The notes under the pieces were generated by a model. That model had not been told where the DNA came from, searched no databases, and saw nothing but the letters and a program-made list of their open reading frames with translations. Positions 29,174 to 38,910 of a stretch of DNA of 64,000 nt are shown here, in pieces. The position numbers were made by a program, and so were the translations under genes. Position 1 is the first letter of the stretch. Every line of letters starts with the position of its first letter. The stretch is taken from positions 37,341-101,340 of the forward strand of contig JBBRNT010000002.1 of NCBI GenBank assembly GCA_038230095.1. The letters run 5' to 3'. The DNA is from Candidatus Saccharimonadia bacterium (GTDB lineage: Bacteria > Patescibacteriota > Saccharimonadia > UBA4664 > JBBRNT01).

Positions 29174-29737
29174 TTAGGGTAGGCCTGGGTAGAGGGACTG
29201 CAGCCGGAAGTGTGGGCGCATGACCTGGAGCGTCGCCCCAAAGCCCAGCTCAGGATAGCGGCCGGTGTGGCCATGGGTATGGATGGCGTCGGCTATGACG
29301 CGATCGTGCGTGACCATGATGACGCTGCGAGGCTGACTAGGCGTAGCCAGGCTGCCCTGCTCGAGGAGCGCATCGCCCAGAGCGGCTAGTGGGTCGCAGT
29401 GACTAGTAAGATTGAGCTGTTCCTTGCCGTTGGGCTCGTCTGCCAGTGAAAGCTGTGAGGGTGGGTCTAGCAGCTGCTGGATGAGGAAGTCGGCGGTAAC
29501 TACCGTCCGCGTACGGAGGGAGTGCCAGACTACAAATTGGCGGTCTATACGCTCGCGCAGCAATGCGGCGGCCTCCGTCAGGGCCGCGGAGGACGCTCCG
29601 ACCAGCCTGGAAGTATTGCCTAGGCTCAGAACCTCACCGTGGCGCACCAGGAAGACTGTAAGGTAAGGCGGTAGGATTGGTGAGGATGGGGGAGCCGGTG
29701 CTGGAGCGGCCGGCGGATGGCGTCGTAGCCATTTCAT
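29174..29737 (-). CDS. Histidine phosphatase (phosphoglycerate-mutase-like) family protein
   Basis: FLVRHGE catalytic RHG motif near the N-terminus. The N-terminal Pro/Ala-rich extension is unusual, so the start is uncertain. Confidence 0.55.
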   Translation of the reverse strand: MKWLRRHPPAAPAPAPPSSPILPPYLTVFLVRHGEVLSLGNTSRLVGASSAALTEAAALLRERIDRQFVVWHSLRTRTVVTADFLIQQLLDPPSQLSLADEPNGKEQLNLTSHCDPLAALGDALLEQGSLATPSQPRSVIMVTHDRVIADAIHTHGHTGRYPELGFGATLQVMRPHFRLQSLYPGLP

Positions 29738-29817
29738 CGGAACCTCATTTCAATGGGCTTTGTACTCTTGTACCTGCAAAACCAATATTTGGCAAGCAAT
29801 ATCAGGTCTATTTTGGT

Positions 29818-32127
29818 ATGATACCTGCTATGAATGACACCTCGCAAAGCAAATACTGGCTTGACCAAGTGGTAGCGGCCGCCCTCGAGGCGAACCCCAA
29901 GGGAGATATTGTAGTCTCTAGCGGCCACTCCCCATCTGGCAATTATCATATTGGGACGATCCGAGAGACCATGACGGCTGCGGCTATTACCCAAGCTATC
30001 GCGCTGGCTGCGCCCAAGCGGACGGTGCGCCACATAGACTTCGTAGACGATTTTGACGCCTTGCGTAAGATTCCGGCTGGCTTACCTGAGGCTATGTCTC
30101 AATACCTCGGGCAGCCGCTCTACCTGGTGCCGAGCCCTGATGGACAAGGGAGCTACGGGGATTTCTATCTGAAGCCGCTCTACTCTGCGCTTGAACAGTG
30201 TGGGGTGGTGCCAGAAATTATTCATGGCTACGAGTACTACCAGAGCGGCGAAATGACCGAAATGATCGAAACTGCCCTGAGTAAGCAAGACCAGATCCGC
30301 GAGATCTATGCTGTGGTGGGTGGCCGGGAGGTGTCGGCAGACTGGTCGCCGGTACAGCTGCTGAGCGATGCTGGTAGCTTGCGGGAATGGTACTTTACCG
30401 GCTGGGACCAGCAGAGGCAGGTAGTGCTCTGGAAAGACGCCGAGGGTAAGACTGGTGAGCTGGACTACACTGGCGGACGAGTCAAGCTGGACTGGCGGCT
30501 AGACTGGCCAGCTCGCTGGGCCAAGCTGGGTGTGACAGTTGAGCCGTTTGGCCGGGACCACGCCACCAAGGGTGGGTCATACGACACCGGCGCCGCATTT
30601 GTGAAAGAGATCTTTGGCGGCCGGGCACCGCTGGCGGTACCCTATGAGTTCATTCTCCCGGCCGGCGCCAACAAGAAGTTTAGTAAATCGGCCGGTGGTG
30701 TCATAACGCCCGCTCAGGTGCTTGAGGTAATGCCGGCCGAGGTACTGCGGTACTTCATCCTGCGCTCGCGCCCAGCCAAGACACTTTACTTCGACACGGG
30801 CCTAGGGCTCTATAGTCTGCTCGATGAGTTTACCGAGGTCCAGGAGGCACTTTCGAACGGTCGGGATCACGACTTTGCGGCCGCTTACCGGGTGGCCACG
30901 GCTGCTTCGACGGAGAAGGCTATTGCCAGTGTACCGTTTAACCACCTGGTGACGGCGTACCAATCGGCTAGGCGGAATCCGGAAGAAACCATTGCCATCC
31001 TGAAGCGATCAGGCTGGAAGCCGGCGAACGCCGCCGAACAGCGGGTACTTGTCCAGGAAATGCAGTTTGTCGACCATTGGCTGGACCAGTACGCGCCAGA
31101 TAGCGTCAAATTTAGCCTACAGGAGCAACTGCCTATCATTGCACCATCGGCGGCCGAGATGACCTTCCTAGCGACTTTAGCCGATGCTATCGAGTTGGCG
31201 GAGAACCCGGATGGCCTTGCTATGCATCAGCTTGTCTATGAAGCCACCCAGAAAGCTGCCCTGAAGCCTCAGGAGGGCTTCAGAACGCTGTATCAGCTGC
31301 TTCTCAGCAAAGACAGCGGACCAAAAGCGGGATGGTTCCTGGCGAGCCTAGACAAGCCATGGCTGGTTTCTCGGCTCCGGGCTGGGGCAAAAGGCTCAAA
31401 TGGTGCGGCTAAACAGACCAAAACCACTGTGCTAGCCGTGCAGCTACCGGATGGACGTAGCTTGTCTGTAGACCCAGCAATTATCAAAGCCTTCCCTGAT
31501 ACCCAGGTGGGCTATCTTGTTGCAAACCTGAAGGTACAAGTCTCGGCAGGGGATGTGGCACTGTTCCAGGAACTACGTGACCACCTAGACGAGCGCCAGA
31601 TTGATCTGGAGCTGCTCGCAAAACTGCCAGAAGTCCAGGTGTGGCGGGAGGCCTATCGGGGCTTTGGCGCCAAGGCCAGTGACTACAAGAGCTCGCTAGA
31701 GGCTCTGCTGCGGCGCGTGCTAACGGATAAGCCCTGGGCAGTAAACTCGGTGGTGGACGGCTACAACCAGATAAGCGTGAAGCATCTGGTACCTATGGGT
31801 GCGATGGATCTGGACCATGTTAAGGGCGACATAGCGCTCAGGTACGGCCGGGAGGGCGAGTCGGCTCAGCTGCTGGGCATGGATAAGGCCGTGGCGGTAA
31901 CTCCAGCACAGGTGGTGTATGCCGATGAGCGCCAGATCATTTCCTGGCTCTGGAACCACCGCGATGCGGCGGGGACAGGTGTAAGCCTGGCAACCAAACA
32001 GGCCATTTTCTTTATTGATAGCCAGACTGGCCGCCAGCCTGTAGAGGCCGCATTAGCAGAGCTAGTTGACTGGTTGGAGCAATCCGGTGGGCAGGTACTG
32101 GCCCAGGGCATACTGCCGGGCTTGTAA
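29818..32127 (+). CDS. lysK: Class-I lysyl-tRNA synthetase fused to a C-terminal B3/4-like domain
   Basis: SGHSPSGNYHIGTIRE and VDDFDALRKIP match the class-I LysRS signature; KFSKSAGG is the KMSKS. The C-terminal ~270 aa (VVDGYNQISVKHLVPMGAMDLDHVKGDIALRYGREGE...) resembles the B3/4 domain of PheT-related proteins. Start taken at ATG 29818, not the upstream 29677 of the ORF table. Confidence 0.8.
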   Translation: MIPAMNDTSQSKYWLDQVVAAALEANPKGDIVVSSGHSPSGNYHIGTIRETMTAAAITQAIALAAPKRTVRHIDFVDDFDALRKIPAGLPEAMSQYLGQPLYLVPSPDGQGSYGDFYLKPLYSALEQCGVVPEIIHGYEYYQSGEMTEMIETALSKQDQIREIYAVVGGREVSADWSPVQLLSDAGSLREWYFTGWDQQRQVVLWKDAEGKTGELDYTGGRVKLDWRLDWPARWAKLGVTVEPFGRDHATKGGSYDTGAAFVKEIFGGRAPLAVPYEFILPAGANKKFSKSAGGVITPAQVLEVMPAEVLRYFILRSRPAKTLYFDTGLGLYSLLDEFTEVQEALSNGRDHDFAAAYRVATAASTEKAIASVPFNHLVTAYQSARRNPEETIAILKRSGWKPANAAEQRVLVQEMQFVDHWLDQYAPDSVKFSLQEQLPIIAPSAAEMTFLATLADAIELAENPDGLAMHQLVYEATQKAALKPQEGFRTLYQLLLSKDSGPKAGWFLASLDKPWLVSRLRAGAKGSNGAAKQTKTTVLAVQLPDGRSLSVDPAIIKAFPDTQVGYLVANLKVQVSAGDVALFQELRDHLDERQIDLELLAKLPEVQVWREAYRGFGAKASDYKSSLEALLRRVLTDKPWAVNSVVDGYNQISVKHLVPMGAMDLDHVKGDIALRYGREGESAQLLGMDKAVAVTPAQVVYADERQIISWLWNHRDAAGTGVSLATKQAIFFIDSQTGRQPVEAALAELVDWLEQSGGQVLAQGILPGL

Positions 32128-32193
32128 TTTCCAGATAGCGCCGGTATGCTACGGCTAATCCGGCGTAGTGCCGGTTGTTCCTGGAGGTAATAG

Positions 32194-32625
32194 ATGAGTG
32201 GTAGATGCGATCGAACCTCTCCAAAGCCGTCAGCCATCCGATGGGAGTCGCTGGCCCTGGTCAACCGAGCTCGACGTGGCTTTGGCCTCGCGGACCTCAC
32301 CGAACTGCCGGCGGGCGTGCCGGGCGAGCCAGAAGACTGTCCGCTGAAGCGCGGACTGAGGCCACTCGACCAGAGCTTGGCCGTCCTCAACTCTCGGATC
32401 ATCTGCGGTTCAGGCGCCTCGGCCAAGTACCTGGCAAAAGTCTGGGGTGGGCAGGCCAAGCGCTGCAAGGACGCTTGCTACCGGGGCCAGTGGGAATGTG
32501 CTCTGCCGGCCGTCATGGGCCTGTTCGTATCAGGCTTCGACAACCGACACCGTGGCTACCGCCACCTCATCGATCACGGTGGTGTGCTCGATTTGGCGCT
32601 GAGCCGAGCGAATGGGGCCACCTGA
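32194..32625 (+). CDS. Hypothetical Cys-rich protein (143 aa) with high GC3
   Basis: GGAGG SD 5 nt upstream of the ATG. High-GC3 codon usage unlike the neighbours. Followed by a terminator hairpin. Confidence 0.45.
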   Translation: MSGRCDRTSPKPSAIRWESLALVNRARRGFGLADLTELPAGVPGEPEDCPLKRGLRPLDQSLAVLNSRIICGSGASAKYLAKVWGGQAKRCKDACYRGQWECALPAVMGLFVSGFDNRHRGYRHLIDHGGVLDLALSRANGAT

Positions 32626-32690
32626 GCAAGAACTCTGCCTGACGAAGCAGACAGGCTGCCTGCGCCTGACCAAGCGCACGGCAGAACGAC

Positions 32691-32732
32691 GCCAGCTCCG
32701 GGGCTGATTCCCCGGAGCTGGCACTTCATTTT
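32691..32732 (+). terminator. Terminator hairpin after the small Cys-rich ORF
   Basis: gccagctccgggg-ctgatt-ccccggagctggc (13-bp stem) followed by a T-rich tract. Confidence 0.5.
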
Positions 32733-32760
32733 ATGGACTAATTGGACTAGAATAATCGCA

Positions 32761-33990
32761 ATGATTGATTTAAAACGCCTGAAGCAAAACCCTGAAGACT
32801 ATAAGGATTCCGCGCGTCGCCGCGGAATTGCTGTAGATATTGACAAGCTGCTTGTGCTTGAGGGTGAGCGTGGTCAGCTACAGCAACAGATAGAGGGCCT
32901 ACGCTCTCAGCTGAATTTCAAGGGCAAGCCTAGTGCTGAGCAGCTGGCAACACTTCAGGACACCAAAGCAGAACTGGAGAAACTGGACGCTAAGCTGGCA
33001 AAGTCGGACGAGGCTTACGCTGAGCTACTCTGGACAGTACCGAACCTGCTCGACGACAATACGCCGGATGGCGGCGAGGAGGGCAACCTGCCTATTAGCC
33101 ACCATGGTGATACTACTAAGCGTGACTTTGACGTTATTGACCACGCTACCTACTCCGAGCAACATGATCTGCTGGACTTCGAGCGAGGCGCCAAAGTAGC
33201 TGGTGCCAAGTTCCTCTTCAGTAAAGGCCAGGCCGTACGCCTCGAGATGAGCGTAATGCGCATGGCCATGGACCTTCTGGAAACTGCTGGATTTACCCTA
33301 ATGGGTGTGCCGCATATGGTAAATTCCAAGATTGCTGCTGGTACCGGCTTTCTACCCCGGGGCGAGGAACGCCAGATCTATAAGATAGAGGGGGAGGATC
33401 TGAACCTGATAGCTACGGCCGAGCTGCCGCTTACTGGCTACCACGCCGAGGAGATTATTGACCCAGCCAGCCTACCACTGGCTTACGTCGGAATCAGCCC
33501 TTGCTACCGGATGGAGGCTGGGGCCTACGGCAAGCACAGCAAGGGCTACTTCCGGGTGCACCAGTTCGACAAGCTGGAAATGTACATTTACTGCAAGCCA
33601 GAAGACAGCGCTACCTGGCACGACAAGATCCTCGCGATTGAGGAGCAGATAGTGCAGTTGCTGGAGATACCGTACCGCGTGGTTCGGATTGCCGCGGGGG
33701 ACTTAGGCGCGCCGGCGTATAAAAAATTTGACGTCGAGTATTGGAGCCCGGTAGACGGCGAGTACCGTGAACTAACAAGTTGTTCAAACTGTACCGATTT
33801 CCAGGCCCGGCGGCTGGCCATACGCACACGTGACTCGGAGGGGAAGACGGTAATTTGCCATACCCTGAATGGTACCGCTATTGCCTTTAGCCGGACCTAT
33901 ATTGCCTTACTTGAGAACCATCAAACCGCTGACGGGACCGTACGGATCCCTGAGGCCTTGCAACCATATTATGGAGGGAGCGTTCTATGA
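32761..33990 (+). CDS. serS: Seryl-tRNA synthetase
   Basis: N-terminal coiled-coil arm and class-II catalytic core (motif 2/3 region). 409 aa. Confidence 0.9.
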   Translation: MIDLKRLKQNPEDYKDSARRRGIAVDIDKLLVLEGERGQLQQQIEGLRSQLNFKGKPSAEQLATLQDTKAELEKLDAKLAKSDEAYAELLWTVPNLLDDNTPDGGEEGNLPISHHGDTTKRDFDVIDHATYSEQHDLLDFERGAKVAGAKFLFSKGQAVRLEMSVMRMAMDLLETAGFTLMGVPHMVNSKIAAGTGFLPRGEERQIYKIEGEDLNLIATAELPLTGYHAEEIIDPASLPLAYVGISPCYRMEAGAYGKHSKGYFRVHQFDKLEMYIYCKPEDSATWHDKILAIEEQIVQLLEIPYRVVRIAAGDLGAPAYKKFDVEYWSPVDGEYRELTSCSNCTDFQARRLAIRTRDSEGKTVICHTLNGTAIAFSRTYIALLENHQTADGTVRIPEALQPYYGGSVL

Positions 33991-34367
33991 TTAAGCTGCA
34001 CATTACTGGCCACAACTACGATCTGGACGAGAAAGTAACACAGTATGCTCAGGATAAGATAGGCGGGCTCGACAAGTACCTGCCCAAACGCACCAAGAAC
34101 TCGACTGGCCAGGTGAAGCTAGCCTTCGACGCCAGTGGGCGAGAAGACAATTGCTACACCTGTGAGGCTCAGCTGGAAGTACCCGGCCCCAATCTGGAGG
34201 CCAAGGAGGCTACGCTAAACATTTATGCCGCCATAGACATAGTAGCCGCCAAGCTGAAGTCCCAGGCTACGAAATACAAGCAGAAACATGGTGGTAAGCG
34301 TCGTCGCCAGGCTATGCAGCTATTCAACCGAGTACTGCGCCGTTCCATACCGGCTGAAGAGATCTAG
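33987..34367 (+). CDS. hpf: Ribosome hibernation promoting factor (short HPF/RaiA)
   Basis: MIKLHITGHNYDLDEKVTQYAQDKIGGLDKYL is a canonical sigma-54 modulation / HPF N-terminus. Overlaps the serS stop. Confidence 0.8.
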   Translation: MIKLHITGHNYDLDEKVTQYAQDKIGGLDKYLPKRTKNSTGQVKLAFDASGREDNCYTCEAQLEVPGPNLEAKEATLNIYAAIDIVAAKLKSQATKYKQKHGGKRRRQAMQLFNRVLRRSIPAEEI

Positions 34368-34437
34368 GCCATACCAAGGCTCCATCTGGAATCCTTACTC
34401 AAAACACGCTATACTACCTAGGTTATGGAGCCCATAC

Positions 34438-37020
34438 ATGTCTATTTGGCAAAAAATTCTTGGTGATCCCAATGTACGGGAGATTACCCGCGTTCAACCT
34501 CTCCTCGAGGCTACTCGGGCATTTGAAAAAGAATACCTGAAACTATCCGATGCTGACCTGAAGAATAAGACTCAGTTGTTTCGAGCTCGGGTCGAGAAGG
34601 GCGAGACGCTGGATGCCCTATTGCCAGAGGCTTTTGCAGCTGTACGCGAGGCGGCCGGCCGGGCGATCGGCCAGCGGCACTACGATGTACAGCTGATAGG
34701 CGCCATTGTGCTGCACGAGGGCAAGATAGCCGAAATGCGCACCGGTGAGGGCAAGACCCTGGTGGCCACTGCAGCTGCCTACCTGAACGCGTTGGCTGGT
34801 AAGGGCGTGCATGTAGTGACTGTCAACGACTACCTAGCAACACTCCACGGCGCGTGGATGGGCCAGGTGTATGCAGCGCTCGGTCTCACAACGGGTGTGA
34901 TTATTCACGAGCAGGCACTTATCTATGACCCCAGCTACGACAATGCCACCCACGAGGACCCTCGTATGCGCCCGGTGCGGCCGGTGTCTCGCCAAGAGGC
35001 CTACGAGGCTGACATTACCTACGGTACCAATAATGAGTTTGGATTTGACTACCTACGTGACAATATGGTGGACGATGAGAGCCGCATGGTACAGCGCACA
35101 CTGAACTACGCCATTGTGGACGAAGTGGACTCCATCCTCATAGATGAGGCCAGAACGCCGCTTATTATCTCCTCGCCAGCAGGGGAGAGTACCGACAAGT
35201 ACTACCAATTTGCCCAGATTGCCGCTAGGCTCCAGATAGAAGAGCACTATACACTCGACGAGAAGCTACGGGCCGTCAGCCTGACGGATAGCGGCGTGGA
35301 AGCTATCGAGAAGGCTCTCGGAGTAGACAATGTCTATGAGGCGGGACGGATTGAGGACGTGCACCACATTGAGCAGGCGCTAAAGGCTGAAGCAGTATTT
35401 AAGCGCGACAAGGACTACGTCGAACGTGACGGTGAGATTATTATCGTGGATGAGTTTACTGGCCGCCTTATGCATGGGCGCCGCTACTCGGAGGGACTGC
35501 ATCAGGCGATTGAGGCTAAGGAGGGTGTGGAGATCCGCCAGGAGTCGCTAACTCTAGCCACTGTGACCTTCCAGAACTACTTCCGCTTGTACAGTAAGCT
35601 CGCGGGTATGACGGGTACGGCCGCCACCGAGGCTGAGGAATTTAGCAAGATCTACAAGCTAGAGGTGACGACCGTCCCCACAAACAACCCGATGGTTCGT
35701 AAGGATGCTACCGACCGCATTTACAAAACCGAGATGGGCAAGTTCGGGGCCGTAGTGGCCGACGTGGCAGAGCGCCATGCCAGCGGCCAGCCAGTGCTGC
35801 TAGGAACGGTGTCTATCGAGAAGAACGAGCTCCTCAGCCGCCTGCTGCACCAAGCGGGGATTGCTCACCAGCTACTAAATGCCAAGAACAATGAGTACGA
35901 AGCAGCAATTATTGCCGCTGCGGGCAAGCGCGGGGCGGTGACCCTAGCCACTAATATTGCCGGTCGTGGTACGGACATTGTGCTCGAACCGGGTGTGGCT
36001 GAGCTAGGTGGGTTGCATGTAATAGGCACAGAGCGGCATGAAAGCCGGCGCATCGACAACCAGCTGCGTGGCCGCGCCGGCCGCCAGGGTGATCCAGGCT
36101 CTACGCAATTCTTTGTGTCGCTGGAAGATGATCTAATGCGCATATTTGGTGGCGAACGCTTGAGCGCTATGATGACGACACTGGGCGTGGATGAGAACAC
36201 ACCAATCGAGAACGGTATGGTCAGCCGGAGCCTAGAAAGCGCACAAAAGCGCGTAGAAGGCCACAACTTTGACGCCCGCAAGCAGCTAGTGGACTACGAC
36301 GATGTCATGAACAGACACCGCGAGGCCATGTACGCCAGACGCCGCGCTGCTCTGGCCCACGTGAATTTGCGGCCCGAGATAACCACCATGGTGGAGCACG
36401 AGCTTACCGCTATGGTGAAGGCTCATACGGACGTTCGCACCAGCGCAATTAATGTAGAGGAGCTTGCTGCTTCAGTAGCCGGCCTCATGCCGGTCAGTCC
36501 CGATCTAGAGAAGAAGCTGGGTAGCGTGCATAGCTCGGAGCTGGTAGATGTGCTGATGAAAGCGGCAAACGGCGTGTATGACGAGCGTGAGGTTGCCTTT
36601 AGTGAGTCGGGAATGCGCATCGCGGAGCGCCTGACATACCTACGCATCCTGGATAGTCTGTGGATTGAGCACCTGGAAGCCATGGATAATTTACGTAATG
36701 GTATTGGCCTGCGAGCGATTGGCCAGCGCGATCCGCTAGTAGAGTACAAGTCTGAAGCTTTCAAAATGTTTGGTCAGCTGCAACGCCTACTCGAAGAAGA
36801 GATAGCAAATACCATCTTCAAGGTCAGCATTTCGCGCGCTGATGAAGGGGAAGTGGTCGAGACAGCTCTTACGAGGGCCGCCAAGGCAGCTTCGACCAAT
36901 GCCGCCCTGGATGAGCCACCTAAGGGCAGTGACGCACCAGCAGGCAATAGCCTGGAAGGTGCGAGTCGAGCCGAACGGCGCCGCGCCGAGAGGGCTGCCA
37001 AGAAGAAGAACCATAGCTAG
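34438..37020 (+). CDS. secA: Preprotein translocase ATPase SecA
   Basis: Canonical SecA N-terminus (ILGDPNVREI...), DEAD-like motor (GEGKTLVATAAAYLNAL, IVDEVDSILIDEARTPLIIS). The true ATG at 34438 is internal to the ORF-table ORF. Confidence 0.95.
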   Translation: MSIWQKILGDPNVREITRVQPLLEATRAFEKEYLKLSDADLKNKTQLFRARVEKGETLDALLPEAFAAVREAAGRAIGQRHYDVQLIGAIVLHEGKIAEMRTGEGKTLVATAAAYLNALAGKGVHVVTVNDYLATLHGAWMGQVYAALGLTTGVIIHEQALIYDPSYDNATHEDPRMRPVRPVSRQEAYEADITYGTNNEFGFDYLRDNMVDDESRMVQRTLNYAIVDEVDSILIDEARTPLIISSPAGESTDKYYQFAQIAARLQIEEHYTLDEKLRAVSLTDSGVEAIEKALGVDNVYEAGRIEDVHHIEQALKAEAVFKRDKDYVERDGEIIIVDEFTGRLMHGRRYSEGLHQAIEAKEGVEIRQESLTLATVTFQNYFRLYSKLAGMTGTAATEAEEFSKIYKLEVTTVPTNNPMVRKDATDRIYKTEMGKFGAVVADVAERHASGQPVLLGTVSIEKNELLSRLLHQAGIAHQLLNAKNNEYEAAIIAAAGKRGAVTLATNIAGRGTDIVLEPGVAELGGLHVIGTERHESRRIDNQLRGRAGRQGDPGSTQFFVSLEDDLMRIFGGERLSAMMTTLGVDENTPIENGMVSRSLESAQKRVEGHNFDARKQLVDYDDVMNRHREAMYARRRAALAHVNLRPEITTMVEHELTAMVKAHTDVRTSAINVEELAASVAGLMPVSPDLEKKLGSVHSSELVDVLMKAANGVYDEREVAFSESGMRIAERLTYLRILDSLWIEHLEAMDNLRNGIGLRAIGQRDPLVEYKSEAFKMFGQLQRLLEEEIANTIFKVSISRADEGEVVETALTRAAKAASTNAALDEPPKGSDAPAGNSLEGASRAERRRAERAAKKKNHS

Positions 37021-37097
37021 CTCTCAGCCAGATCTAAGGTTGGTTTGGTAGTCTAGTAGTATTCATGCTAAATGTATGGAGCATAAGCGGTCTAGTT

Positions 37098-37126
37098 ATT
37101 GACAAAGTATGGCGTATATGCTACTA
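37098..37126 (+). promoter_or_regulatory. Near-consensus sigma70 promoter (TTGACA-N17-TACTAT) driving a ~420-nt leader and the three-ORF module
   Basis: TTGACA at 37098-37103, 17-nt spacer, TACTAT at 37121-37126. Confidence 0.45.
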
Positions 37127-37557
37127 TGACCAATCGCTCTGTTGCAGGTGGATTTCGCAGGTAACTGCTGAGTCCAAAACCTGTAGCGGATAAGAGTGGA
37201 CATTGATAAATCGGATAGTCTATGAGCATGAGTGGCCTGGATTAGCCTAGCTAACCCGAGCTGTTCTTGTCTCAGTAATATACAAATCTAAAACCAATGT
37301 CGCTCGTCGTGAGCAGCGTGCTGCTGGCGTGATAGTTGCCGCCCAACTAGCAGACCAGTAGCACGCTGCTCATACTCGAGCATCTACTTCTCATGGACGT
37401 CTCCCGGAAGGGCAGATTGCTACCAAGATCTCCGCAGCAATGCGGGTTGCTGGACTTGTCCAGCGCGCCTCAGAAATGAGGCAAACCCGCCGCTATCTGC
37501 GCGCGGTCCGAGGGCAATTCCGCCCAATTCCAGACCCCCGAAAGGGAAGGGAGAATC

Positions 37558-38910
37558 ATGAAGAACCCAGTTACAACCATCAAGGCGCTTGGAGATGCGG
37601 TGCATAACAGCACGCAAGTCCGGGTGAAGAATGGTGTCATTGCTGAGGCGCTCAAAGGCCTCGGCGTTGAGATCAGCGGTGCCGTTCGCGGTGCGACGGA
37701 AGTTCCGGCAGGCGTAAAGGTCGAAGACCTGATCGCTGCGCTGGCTACCGATAACCCCGTGATCGCATCCTGGATCCAGCAGCAGACCGCTGCCCCTACC
37801 CACAACAGCACGCTGGCTTCACCGCTGGCCGCGCTGCCCGGGGACGAGGCGTCATCGGTAGCTGTGGACGTTCAGCCAGTCGGCGATGCCGAGATCTTCT
37901 TCAACGAGGGTCTGGTCCGCCGGCCGGCGGCAGTCGTTGCCAGCGAACTGAGCCTGACGACAGCAGAAGTGCTGGTCTACGGCGAGGTTCAAGTTGGTGA
38001 CGCCGCCTCGTTGGTGGACCCCGAACTGGTCCGGAAGAATCTCGAAGCCACCCTGGCAGCAGAGAAGATCCCGGCTAGCGAGCGGCCCACTGGCACGAGC
38101 GTGTTCACGAAGAACATTGCTCTGGCGGCCATGGTCACAAGCGACCACACCCGCGTTGGCACGAAGTCGAAGCGGACCCTGCGTGAGATCACCGAAGTGG
38201 CCATCAGCTTGCAAAAGCTGTCGGTCGCGATCCACAACGGCTCCCCGTTCCGGCCCGAGCCGGTGGCTGTGAGTCGCATTGCTGGACAGGCCGAGCTGGT
38301 CAGAACGGCCCCTGGTATGGTTCCGCCTGGTGCGGATACCGTCTTCTACGAGTACGAATCACCGCTCCGCAAGGGGTGGATGGTGCGTATTCGGACGCAG
38401 AAGTACCTGGAGCTGATGCTGCAGCCCGGTTCGTCGTTCCCACTGTACGGACCACAGCATCTCGAGGAACTGGTTGGCGAACTTGCCACCACAGACCTGG
38501 TGGCTGATCGGTGTGCAGCCTGCGGAAAGCACATGGATCCGTTGTTGCGCGACAAGGTGATGAAGGTCTTGAACGGCCAGTACTACCTGCGCGACAACAA
38601 GGGGCGTGCTCTGGCCAACCTGTCGAAGCTGGGCTACCCCACCGATCGGGTGGGAGAGATCAGCTTCAAGCGCAATCACGAAGCATGCAATGTGCTTCTG
38701 AAGCGCATGCAGGTGGTCATGAACGAGATGCTGGCCAAAGACTTCAACGACCCAGCCGTTGTGATCGAGTTTCTCGACCGCATCGAGCAGGAGGTTGGCG
38801 GAGTGATGGAGGAGTTGCGCTTGCGTAACTCCCGCAACCAGCGGATCACTCGCCGCGAGATTCTCATTCATGCACGCGACATCGTCAAGCAATTGGCGGT
38901 AGCAGCATGA
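37558..38910 (+). CDS. Hypothetical protein (450 aa), first gene of the high-GC3 module
   Basis: SD AAGGGAGAA. GC3-rich, actinobacterial-style codon usage (ATC/CTG/GAC/GTG) distinct from flanking genes. No recognisable catalytic or NTP-binding motif. Confidence 0.6.
   Translation: MKNPVTTIKALGDAVHNSTQVRVKNGVIAEALKGLGVEISGAVRGATEVPAGVKVEDLIAALATDNPVIASWIQQQTAAPTHNSTLASPLAALPGDEASSVAVDVQPVGDAEIFFNEGLVRRPAAVVASELSLTTAEVLVYGEVQVGDAASLVDPELVRKNLEATLAAEKIPASERPTGTSVFTKNIALAAMVTSDHTRVGTKSKRTLREITEVAISLQKLSVAIHNGSPFRPEPVAVSRIAGQAELVRTAPGMVPPGADTVFYEYESPLRKGWMVRIRTQKYLELMLQPGSSFPLYGPQHLEELVGELATTDLVADRCAACGKHMDPLLRDKVMKVLNGQYYLRDNKGRALANLSKLGYPTDRVGEISFKRNHEACNVLLKRMQVVMNEMLAKDFNDPAVVIEFLDRIEQEVGGVMEELRLRNSRNQRITRREILIHARDIVKQLAVAA

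Noticed and set aside
29677-29817. Upstream extension of lysK in the ORF table
   Set aside because: It would overlap the divergent histidine-phosphatase gene start (29737). The N-terminal 47 residues have no LysRS similarity. The ATG at 29818/29830 begins the conserved region.
32205-32642. Alternative-frame 145-aa ORF overlapping the Cys-rich ORF
   Set aside because: It is an Arg/Pro/Gly-rich translation typical of an off-frame read in GC-rich DNA and has no SD. The frame starting at 32194 has GGAGG-N5-ATG.
37165-37205. TPP-riboswitch-like string (CTGAG...AACCTG..CGGATAA) in the module leader
   Set aside because: It matches only part of the aptamer consensus, lacks the 5' GGGGUGC element, and the downstream genes have no thiamine link. 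Recorded as a weak resemblance only.
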